Origin: Rhizaria sp. SCN 62-66
Taxonomy: Eukaryota
NCBI GenBank assembly: GCA_001724265.1
Contig: MEDY01000224.1
Span: forward strand, 1 to 64,000
Direction: 5' to 3'
Length of the DNA stretch: 64,000 bases
In this document: positions 24,601-35,563 of the stretch, one piece after another
How positions within the stretch are numbered: position 1 is the stretch's first letter
How the letters are laid out: each line of letters opens with the position of its first letter
The notes under the pieces: generated by a model
What the model was told of the DNA's origin: nothing
Database searches by the model: none
The model's input: only the letters and a program-made list of their open reading frames with translations
Position numbers and translations under genes: made by a program

Positions 24601-27600
24601 TCTTCGGGACCGTTGAGCATGGCCGTAGCCTCAGCAAGACGGGCGGACAGGCGAGTGGTCTTGTTCTTTAGCACCGCGAGGTCAAAGTCACGCTCGCGCA
24701 GCGCGGAGATCAGCGCAGCCGCAGACATCCCAGTGTACGCCGCCGCCGAGGTGGCGGGCGCGGGTGCGCCGGGCTGCTCAAGCGCAATGGCGTCGCCACC
24801 TGCACGCGCGGCGACAGCGATGGCCTCTGCAACTGTCGCATCAGGGTCGACATGACCGCCGGCGCGCGCGGCAACAGCAGTGGCGTGCACCTGCATCAGG
24901 TGCGCCAGCTCGGCGCGCGCCACAGCGTCCGCCTCGGCAAGCACGTCGCCAGCAGCGGTTTCCAACAGAGCGCGCAGGCGCGCCTCAAGAGGCAGGGCTG
25001 CGAGGGCCACAGACGGGGGCTGGCCGGCAGCGGTCGCGGCGGCTAGCGCGGCCGCAGCGTCGCCGGTGTTCTGCGCGTACGCACGCGCCATCGCACGCAG
25101 GTCGTCGACCTTGCGCAGCAGCAGCGACTTGGCGGCTTCGAGTCGCGAGAGATAGCCGATGCGCTGCGCCTGCGCCGCGTTCGCCGTCTCCAGCTCCTGG
25201 ACATGCACGCGCAGCACGGCGGCGTCGCCGTCAGCGGCCACGGCGGCGGCCTCAGCGGCGCGCACGCGGGTCTGCAGCTCAGTCTCGCTGACGCGCACTG
25301 CGACGGCGTCGGCCTCCGCAGCCACGAGCGCGGCCTGCGTGGTACCGAGCTTGTCCGTGGCCAGCTGATACAGCCGCTGCTGCGTCGCGGCGTCGTTCTG
25401 CGCCATACGCAGCACAGCGGCAGTGGCAGCTGAGGCCGTCGACGCAGACGCAGCGCCAGCAGCCTCCGCGGACATCAGAGCCTCGAGCGCAGCCGGAGAC
25501 AGCGAGCTGCTGTCGCCGCACCACGACAGCGGGTCGGCAGCGTTGGCGGCGCCAGCACCAGGGATGGACGCGCCCAGCCCCGCTGTAGAGATGTTGCCTG
25601 GCACGAGTGCGCCGTTGAAACTGTTCGCAGCGCCGGCGGGGCGCGCTGCTGACAGTGCAGCGACAGTTGCGTTGGCAGCAGCAAGAGCGCGGCGAAGTGT
25701 ATCAATCTCGCGCTGGTGCTGCTTCCCTATCTTCGCCTGCAGCTGCGCGCGCACACTCGCCTCAGTCTCGGCGTCCTTCGAGCTCGCAGCGGACTTGTCA
25801 TTCGCGGCGGCGGCAGCCTCAGCGGCAGCAGCGGCAGCGACGGATTGGCGCAACGCATCAGCCGCGGCAGCGGCCTCAGCACGCGCGGCCTCGCGCTCAA
25901 GCGCCATCGCGTCGAGCCTGTGCTGCGCCGCAGTGAGCTCGTCTGCGAGACGGCGCACAGTGGTCTCGAGTGCCTCGGCCTCGGTCGCCGCGACTGCGCC
26001 GGAGCGCGGGCGCAGCACAAGAGTGCTCTTATCGCTTGGCACAACGCCCGCAGTCGCAGAGGCATTGTTCGCTACGTTCTCTGCATTGTTTCTGTCGTAG
26101 ACAGGAGCATGCTCGACGACAACAACGCCGCGGAGCTTGGCAAGCGCAGCCAATGCAAGACGCAATGCGTGGATGACAGCGTCGGCCTCGTCAAGCTGCG
26201 TCTCCGCAGCCGCAGATAGTGCATCGTAGCGGGCCGCGGCCTCGCGCTGCGCAGTGTGCAGCGCCTGGGCATGCTGACGACGCAGCAGCTCAGCATACTC
26301 AAGGCCCTCGGCGTTAGTGACCGGCACCGGCGCCGCAGGATGCGCAGTAGAGACGTCAGCTGGTGCAAGGGCCGCAGGTGTGCGGAGTAGCGACGATGTG
26401 GCGCTCACGTCGGCAGCGTTCGCGAATGTCGTGCTGAAGTCAACGCCTGTGCCCGCGCCTGCGCCGACGCCGCCAGCGAGTTGCGGCAGCGTTGAGTGCA
26501 GAGTGTTCCCGTACACGCGCGGCCCGGAGCCGACGCCGTTGCGGGGCACGGGGGCGGGCAGACCGGCGGCGCGGGCCGCGGCGGCAGCGGCTGCGTCTTC
26601 AATGCGCTCAGCTGCGGACCCGCCGGCAACGGCAGCGACGCGGAAGCGCGCGGCGTGGGTCGCCATCATCGACGTGAGCCGCAGCGCCTGGGCCTGCTCC
26701 TGTGCAGCGCGCGAATAGGCAAAGAGAACCTCGCCCTCAGCGCGCGCGAGCATCTGACCGGCCGCCAGCAGTGCGCGCTGGGCCGCGACGGGCCGCAGTG
26801 CGTTCTTGCTATCCGCAGCGCTTGTGGCGGAGCGCAGCCACGAGTCAATGGCGCGGTGGGCAGGGAAAGACGTAAACTCGCTAATGACACCGGAGGCAGC
26901 GGCGCGGACCGTCGGCAGCAGCGCGTCAACGTTGCGGGCAGTCCCAGCAGTACCCGCAATGTGAAGAGCAGTATGGTCGACAGCGCCAGCGGCGTCGGCG
27001 CCTGCAGCGCCGAGACTCGCGGTGAACGCGGAGTAAGGCGCGTGCACAGCGGCGCGCGCTGCGTCAGCGTCAGCAGCCTGGGGCGGCACAGCAGCCGCAG
27101 CAGCGGCATCAAGCGCAGTTAACGCAACGCGCCAGACCGACTGCGCCACAGCGGGCGCGTCAACCGCGGAAACACTTGGCACAGCAGTACCGGGCATGAC
27201 ATCGTCAGAGGAAGGCGCAGCATTAGTCGCCGCGTTCCTGTTGCTGCCCTGATCTGTGGCCGTGGCGGTGTCCTCAGGCTCGGGCTCGCCGGCAAGTGCA
27301 ATAGCATCAGCGATGGCAGCAAGTGCGTTCTCGCTCTCGCGCGCGGCGCTGGTCTTCCCCGCTCCGCCACGCTTGCCAACGGCGGTGGGCGCAGCACGGT
27401 TGCTTGTAGCGGCCAGCGGAGGCGGTGCGTTGGCCACAGCGGCTGTGGCAGCAACCTTCTTGCGCAACAGCTCCAGCTGGCGCACATGCAGCGTCTTGAG
27501 CTCCATGATACGGGAATCGCGACGCAACACTAAGGCACGCAGGTCCGCCTCGCTCTGCGCAACAGCAGAGAGCCGGACCCAAGCAGCAGCCTCAGAGCGC

Positions 27601-30600
27601 ACGGACTGCTCGAGAGCAGCGACCACCGCGGACGCAGCGCCCATCGACCGGACACCGCTCTGCGCGTGCGCAGGCATAGAAGCGGCAAGCGCGGGCGCGC
27701 CATGACGGCGGCCCGCGGCGTCTGCAGCCGCGGCAGCCACAGCAGCAGCGTTTGCCGCAGTGACGTGCGCGCCCGCTGAAATCGTATCGGCCTCGAGAGC
27801 AAATAGCTGCTGCTCAAGCCCTGCGATGCGGGACGAGAGCGCGGTAATCGCGCGGTCGCGCTGGGCAACCTCACCGGCGTGCGCGCGCGCCGCAGCGTCG
27901 CGCTGCGCCACTGCGAGCGTGAGCTCGAGCACTTGGCGGCGCACGTCGCGCTGGAACCACTTTTGCAGCCGGCGCGCCTCGGCCGCGCGCTCGGGCGCTG
28001 TGGTGCTGCCGTCGGCCGCGAGCGCTGCCATGGCACCGTCCTGGGCCTGCTCGGCCACGCGCGCCCACTCCTCCAGTCGGGGCGGCAGCGCACCGGCGCT
28101 ATTGGCGGCGCCAACAGCAGCAGATGCCGATGCAGAGCTACCGTTCGCAGCTGCAAAGGAAACGTTAGCGGGTGCGGCAAGTGCAGCAGCGATACGGTCA
28201 GTCGCGGAGACAGCGCGCGCCGCGGTTTGCCTGCGCACGGTGTCAGCAAGCGCAGCGATTTCACGCTGTGACGCCGCGGTGACCGAGGCCATCTTAGCGT
28301 CAAACTCGCGGCGCAGCTCGCGGCGCAGAGAAGCAGCGCTGGCGGAGACGCGCGCCGACCGCAGTGCGGGGGCAGCGACTGCAGTAGCAGCGTCGACAGC
28401 AAGAGAATGAGCGATTGCGGGGGCGGAGAGCGCGGCGAGGAACGAGTCATCTTCCGCGTAACCACTGGCATCGTCGTCATCGTCATCATCGTCATCGGTA
28501 GCGCTGTAACCAGCATCACCGTCATCGCTCTCGGAGTGGCGGCGGTGCTTACGCTTGCCCGTGTGTGTCGCGGGCGCAGTAAGCGCTACGTGCGCCTCCA
28601 TCAGGCGGCGCAGCGACTCTGCGTACAGCGAGCTGGCGGCAGCACGCACGCGGCCCAAGCCCAGCGTCGCCTCCGCAGCACTCGCGCTCGCGGCATCGGG
28701 CCCAGTGGCGCCCGGAGCCGTCGAGCCATCGTGAGTCAGCAGCAGCGGCGCCACGGCGTTGGCGTTGGAGCTGGCACGCTGGGGCTCTGCGTCTGCGGCG
28801 GCAGCGACGGCGAGCTCACGCAACGCCGCCTCGGCGGTCTGCAGTCGTGCGTATGCGTCGAACACGATCGCATTCTTGTTCTCGAGCTCCTCCAGCAGCG
28901 CGTCATGCTCCACCGCAGCGTCGGCCACACGCGCCTCCAGAGCCGCCACGCGCAGCCGCGCGGCCGCCAGCGCAGTGTTAAGTTCTTCGGCAGCAGTCAG
29001 CAGCGCCGATGACGCGCCGCTGCCGCGGCTGACGCGCGCGGCGGCCTCGAGAGTCGGGCGCAGCTCCAGCGCAACAGCCGCACACGCCGCGGCCTCCGCA
29101 CCCGCGGCGCGCTGCTCTGCGAAGGCAACAGCCTCGCCGAACTTGCTGGCAAGGTCGACGTTGCGCTGCGACACGACGCCGTCCAGCCGGGTCTCGGCGC
29201 GAGCCGCCGCGGCGGACGCAGCGGCGGCGGCGGCCTTGAGCTGCGTCTCGCGCGCCTCGGCAAGCCGCAGGTGCGCGGCCGCGGGCGCGAGCGCAGCTGC
29301 AATAGCAGCAGACTGCGAACGGACCCAGTCCTGCACTTCGGCGACGCGGCGGGCGGCTGCCACGGCCTGGGCGCCGAGCTGAGCCTCCAGGTCCGCGGCA
29401 GCAGCACGACTGACGCGCGCGCGGGCGGCGGCTTCATTAGAGCGCGCAGAGAGTACGCCGCACTGAGCGCGCAGCAAGTCGCGTTCGATGCGAGTCGCGG
29501 CGAGGTCAGAGGCGAGGGTCGCAACGTAACCGTCGTTGGCCACGAGTAACGCCTCGGCCTGTGCAAGCAAGTTCGCGAAGAATGCAGGAGTCGCAGCGGC
29601 ATCGCCATTGTCACTGACACTGCCGTCAGCCGCGCCGCCAATCTTTTGCTGTGCCGCCACGGCCGCTCGATTGACGGCAGAAGTAAGCTCCTGAAGCGCG
29701 GACACAAGGCGTGCCCCACCGATGATGGTCTTGTCCTGGGGCGGCGGCACAAGCGCGGCGGCCGCAGTCGCGTCGGCAGCTTCCTTGATAGCGCGCTCAA
29801 ACGCACTGTGCAGTTCGATGACCTCGCGGCGGACGGTATCGCCGCGGCGAGTGACCTCTACCTCGGCAGCAGTCGCGCGAGCCTCGGCAGCGCGCGCTGC
29901 GACAGCAGCCGCATCGGCGCGGGCAGAGGCAGCGCGGGCGGCCTCGCGCAGAGTTTCCTCCTCGAGCCGCCACGCGCGCTCACCCGCGGCGCCAGCCTCG
30001 GCATCTGCGGTCAGAACGGCAACGCGCGCGCGCAGAGACTCAGCTTCGCGCTCGGCCGCTGCAGCGCGCTCCTTGGCGTCCGCGGCCGCGGCCTCGGCGG
30101 CGCGGCGGGCACTGGTGGCGCGGCGTTCGCGGCCGCGCGCGGTGGCGATGGATAAGCGTGCGTCGCTGAGTTGCGCCCACAGAGCCGCAGTGCGGCCCGC
30201 GGGGGTCGTGATGGGCGGCGGCGACAGCAGGGCAGCCCAACGACGTTGCAACGCCTGCGCTGCGCCGACCACGTCGGAGCGACCCACGGACCGCGCGCCG
30301 TCACTGCTGCCACTTGCGGCGTTGCTGTTGTTTTCGCTGTGGACACTGCTATCGTGATTGTCATCGTCGTCGTCATCATCGTCATCGCTGAAGAGAGCGA
30401 CAACACTGCCGCGACGCGTCTGCTTCGCGACAGGCGGCGGCGCAGTATTGCTGCTGCTCGCAGTCCTGTCGTCGCCGTGGTCAACCTCGTCGTCGCTGGA
30501 CGCAACGGCCGCCGCAGCGGCCGCGGCGGCCGCGGAGGCCGCAAAAGTTGCCCGGCCCTCCTTGGTCGCGAGCCCACGCTCAAGCTCCTGCACCGTGTGC

Positions 30601-33600
30601 AGCAGCAACGCGGCCTGACGGTCCTTCTCGGCCACCACGGCTTCCAGCTCCGCCACGCGGGCCGCGGCAGCGCGCGCGGTCTCGTCGCGCGCGCGCTCAG
30701 CCTCGCGCGCGCGCGCGCCAGAGACGGCGACCTCTTGCTCGCGCGCGGTGACCGTGCGTTCGAGCGCCGCCTTCTCGCCGAGCCGCGCGATGGCATCGGC
30801 GCGGGCTTCACCAAGCGCGGTGCGTGCCGCCGCAGCCTCGTCCTCAGCGGCCGCGATGGCCGTGTTAAGTGCGGTGACAGCGCGCGCGTGCGCCTCTGCA
30901 GCGGCCTCGGTGGCGCGCATCGCGTCAGCCTCCGCAGCGTCCCGCTTGGCAGCCGCTGCGAGCCCCTCGGCTGAGAGGGACGCCACGTCGGCCTCAGCAC
31001 GGCGCGCGCGCTCAGTCGCGCGGGCGGCCGTCAGGCGGGCCTCCGCGCGCTCGCGGGACGCGCGGTCTAGAGCGACGGTGAGCGCGGCCGCACGCGTCTG
31101 CGCCGATAGAGCGGCGCGGCGCAGAGCGGCCGGGTCTGTAACAGCGCTCAGGTCGACCGCAGCCAGCGCCGCAGCGGACGATGACAATAACGAGGAACGC
31201 CCGTCAGCAGCCTCGCTCTCATTGTTGATGTCAGCCATGGTAGTATTGAGGGCGGCAACCAGGAGCTCCTCCTGGCGCAGCCGCAGCTCAGCGCGAGCGT
31301 GCGCCTCGCGCTGCCGCGCCGCAGCGGCCTCGGCGCGTGCAGCAGCGGCATCTCGGTCGACGCGCAGCAGCGCGGCATCGGCGAGAATACGCTCGATGAC
31401 CTCAACGTCGACGGTTGCACTCCTGTTCGAGTGCTGAGTGAACAGCGGGCTGATACGCAAAGCGTTGCGCACGCGGGCGACGGCACTACCAGGATCTGTG
31501 TTCTTGTTGATACCGGCAGCGTTGTGCGCCACAGACTCGTCGACGTCGCCACGTACCGCAGCGACCGCCTCGGCTAGCGCCAGCACGGGCGCGATGTCAG
31601 CCTCCAGCGCCGCCAGCGCGGCACGCGCAGCCTTGCTCTGCGCGCGCGCCTCGCGCTCGGCCTCCTCGGCGACCCCCGCGCGCGCCGCCTGTGCAGCGGC
31701 CTCGGTCCGCAGCGCCGCGGCCTCCGTGACGGCGGCGTGCGCGGCGCTCTGGGCCTGCGACTTGCCCGCCAGCGCCCGCAGCGCGCGCTCCAGCCCCTCA
31801 GACCGCGCGGCGTGCGCGGCGCGCGCGGCCTCGAGCTCGGCGCGCGCGCGGGCTGTCGCGGCGGCGGCGTCGGCGGCGTCCTCGCGCGCGGCCGAGACGG
31901 CGCGTTGCTGCGCCCCGGCAGCGGTCCCCAGCGCCTCGTGGGCGCGGGCGACGCGCGCGCGCTCAGCGGCGAGAGCCAGGATCAGCTCGTCAACACGCGC
32001 ACGCAGCGCCGCCGGCGAGTCCTCGCCGCTGGTGCTGATAATGCGCGCGTTGGATGCGGTTGCTTGTGTCGCGGCAGAGGCGGCGCGTGCAGCGCGTAAC
32101 TGCATCTCGAGCGCAGTCGCAGCGTCCTCGGCCTCGCCGCGCGCGAGCGAGTGCGCGGCAGCATCCGTAGCGGCGGCGTCGCGCGCCTCTACGGCAGCGG
32201 CTAGACGGGACTCTAAGGTCGCAACTGTGGACACCAGCGCAGTGCGCTCAGCGCGCCAGGCGCTCTCGCTCACGGTCACCGCCGCAATAGCGGCGTTCGC
32301 CGTGGACGGGGGCTCGGGGCCAGCGACGGCAGCCGCTAAGGGCGCAGGAGGCACGATCGCAGCTGCCTCAGCCAAATCAGCATCAGCAGCACTAGACCGC
32401 ATGTTAGTCGCACTGGTGGTGTTGCTGTTGCCGGATAGAGTAGTCTTTTGCAGCCGGTCGACCTTCATCGCAAGCGCGCGCGCCTGGCGCTCGCTGGCGT
32501 GCAGTTGCGCCGTCCTACGGTGCAGTTCGTCCGTCAACTCGCCCGCACGCGCGCTCGCGGCCGCCGCGGCCTCGGTCGCCGCAGCCTCGCGCGCGGCCAA
32601 CTGCTCGCGGGCACGCGCCAGCTCGGCGCGCGCTCCCCACTGGCGCTCTGAGCAGCAGTCGCGGCCGCGGCCGCATTCGCGGTGGCAGCGGCGGCGGCGG
32701 CGGTCGCGGTCTTGGCAGCGCGGTCGACGGCCTTGGCCTTCCGCTCGGCAGCCTCAGCACGCGCCTCGGCGGCGGCGGCGGCGGCGCGGGCGGCGGCCAG
32801 CGCGGCGGCGAGCTCCTTCGCAGCCGCCGCGCCCTCGCTGCCCTCGGCCACGACGAGGCCGAGCGCGGCGAGCTCCATCGACGCACTTAGTGCACTGGTG
32901 TTGCCCGCGCTCGCGGCGTTGTTTACAGCAGCGGCGGCGGCGGAGTCCACGGCGGCGGTCAGCTCGAGGCCGAGCTGGCGCAGTTGCCGCTCCTGGTCCT
33001 TCACGACGCCGCGCAGCAGCGCAAGCTCTGCGGCCGATTCGCCGCTCCCAGACTGGCTCGAAGTAGCAGCGGCGGAGGCCTTCGCGGCCTCGGCTTCGGC
33101 GACGGCAGCCTCAGCGCGCGCGCGGGCGCGATCGGCCTCGGCGGCGGCGTCAGCGGCCTTTTTGCGCCAGCGCCCCGCCTCGGCCTCGGCCGCGGCGACG
33201 GCGGACTGGGACCGGGCCAGCGCGGCCTCTGCGGCCCGAGCGCGCGCCCCGGCGTCGGCGGCCTGCGCGGTGAGAGCGTGCAGCTGCGCCTGCAGAGCGG
33301 CGACCTCGCTCTGCGCCTGCGCCAGCGCCTTGCTTGGCGTCACGCCGGTGCCAGAGCCGTACTGCGCGCTGGCGCTGGAGCCGGAGCTCGTGGTCAGCGC
33401 GGCCGTGAGGCGGGCGTTGGCGGTCGCGAGGTCGGCGGTCAAGCGAGCCGCGTAGGCGTCTTTGCTCTCCAGCAGGGCCAGGACCTTGCGGTTGCGGGCC
33501 TCCTGCTCGGCCTCGGTCTCGGCGCGCGCGCGCTTGCCACGGGCCCGCGCGAGGGAAACGACCGTGGGCAGCAGAGGGGACGGGACGCCCGCGGCGCGCG

Positions 33601-34948
33601 CTGCGGCGGCGTCGGCAGCGTCCATAGAACTGTCATCCTGCGGGTCGTAGTCTTCGCCATCGTCGTCGTCGTAGGCAGTGTTACCAACGTCAGGATTGGT
33701 ATTGCCTTCATCAGCATACACACCGCTACTGCTGCTGTTTCTCGTCCTGTTCTTAGCGCAAGCCTGAGAATGCTGAGGAGTTGCAGTCGCAACGCGGGCG
33801 CGGGCGGCCGCAGCAGCGGGCGCCACCGCAGGTGCGCCGCCAGCAGCGGCACTCGAGCTCAAGCTGCCGCTAGAGCTCGCTGCACTGGCGGCGACCGGCG
33901 GCGTCAGCTGTGCTTGCTTCGGCGCGCCGAGCGGAGTGATGGTGGCGTAAAACCGCTGCTCAGCCACGTCGGACTTGAGGTAGAAAGTGTCCCGGGCGGT
34001 ATACGTGCGCTGGCCGGCCGCAAACCGCGGCTGCAGCGCCTGCGGGAGGCACAACTTCACCTGCAGCAGCACGTTTCCCCCGGGCGGCAGCGTCGCTGAG
34101 AGGGGCGCGACTTGGAACCGCTGCGCGTTGCCGACGCGGAGGGAGAAAGCGACTGGCACGACTGTTGACGCGTTCGTCACGCGCACGTACTGAACGTAAA
34201 CCTGCTTGGGGGCGGCGTCGGGGAAAAACAGCTCGGGGGGGTCCACGATCAGCAAGCGAGACACCACCGATGACGACGACGATGAAGCTGTTGCTGTTGC
34301 TGTTGAACTGGCTGACGACTGCGTAGGAGTTACTCTTGAAGCTGGGGCTGGAGCGGGAGATGCTGAGAGGGGCAAGAAGGATGATGTTGCCGAAAGCTGC
34401 TGAGACCGTGCGTGGCCGTGGCTGCTGTTGTTGTTCCGACTGAGACTGTTGCTGTTGCTGTTGCTGTTGCTGCTATGATTGTAATGCGATGAAGGCGGGA
34501 ATACAGCATCGAACTCTGCGTCATCGTCCTCATCACCGTGATCGCCGTAGCCACCGGCGCCGACGTCGTAGTCGTCGTCGTCACCAGCCTCATATCTCGC
34601 ATTAGCACTGCTATGCGCTTGATCGCCCCTGCTAGCATCCGCTGTGGCAAAGTGTGACGCGTTAAACACAGCGCCCGCGGCAGCGCCAGAGACGGGCGCG
34701 GCGGGGCCGTGTTGCTGTGGCAACGCGACGCGGCGCGCGGCGGCGTCGCGCGGCGGGCCGTAGTGCGGGTAGGGCGCCGGGGCCGTCGCGGCGGTGGGGG
34801 CGGAGCCGGCGGCGAAGCTCGAGTTGGCGCTGAGCGGGTCGAGGCTCGACGCTGTAGTGTCCCACGGATCGCCGCGGTTGTCGTCCGACGCTTCGTGGAT
34901 CGGAGACAAAAGCTTGCTCCGGTGCGAACGGGCGTCAGAGGAACTCAT
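15612..34948 (-). CDS. Giant (~6445 aa) Ala-rich coiled-coil protein with an N-terminal ASH/MSP (PapD-like) Ig domain; probably centrosomal/basal-body; one frameshift near 32635
   Basis: ORF 32534..34948 and ORF 15612..32600 overlap with continuous coding style and switch frame at GGGGAGCGCGCGCCGAGCTG. Ig-like segment LLIVDPPELFF..VRVTN..FQVAP....LPPG..LQV at ~34256-33933. Long heptad-like E/A/R helices and an acidic tail. No introns evident. Confidence 0.75.
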
Positions 34949-35563
34949 GACGAGTGGTTGGGGGCGAAGCGGGCACGGAGGCGCCGGGGCAGGGGAAGAT
35001 GGAAGGTGGTGGAGAAAGGGCTGTGCTTCGGTCGTGTGCAGGAGAAAAACATGGAGATAGACATGAAAGTTCCGTCAGCGACAATGATTTTAAAATATAC
35101 ATTGTTTGCGTTCAATACCTATGTGGTTACATTATAACACTTTAAAAGTAATGAATATACACCGTTCTGCACTGAGTCGCGTGAGTCGACAAGTTCAAAA
35201 ATTCGGGTCTGCGCGAAGAAAAAACGCAGACCATTGTGCAAGTCGAGAGGATACTTTCGTATCTTCATCTCCATCCTTACACATCCGTTGTTCTGTCAAT
35301 GTCAGAGTTTGTCTTATTTTAATCATGGCATTGGTTTCAAATATATTTGTTAGAAATGACTCACAGTATGTATATGTCACTCCCGATCCCTCCGAACCTC
35401 GCCCTCCACAGCAGTCTCCTCTAAGCACCGCAAGCGACGTCGCCTCGCTTCATCCCGCCCCACACCCTCGCAGTGTTCCCCGCGAGCTCCCCCACACCAC
35501 ACACCACCGCTACATCTACTCCTAGCCCCTGCGTGAGGGTTATTGGTTTGCCTCTTGTCCACG

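Noticed and set aside
15612-34948. Many long antisense and alternate-frame ORFs (also over 40198-47490 and 52515-57338)
   Set aside because: Expected shadows of very GC-rich, GCN-rich coding sequence. They encode Arg/Pro/Ala low-complexity text with no domains.
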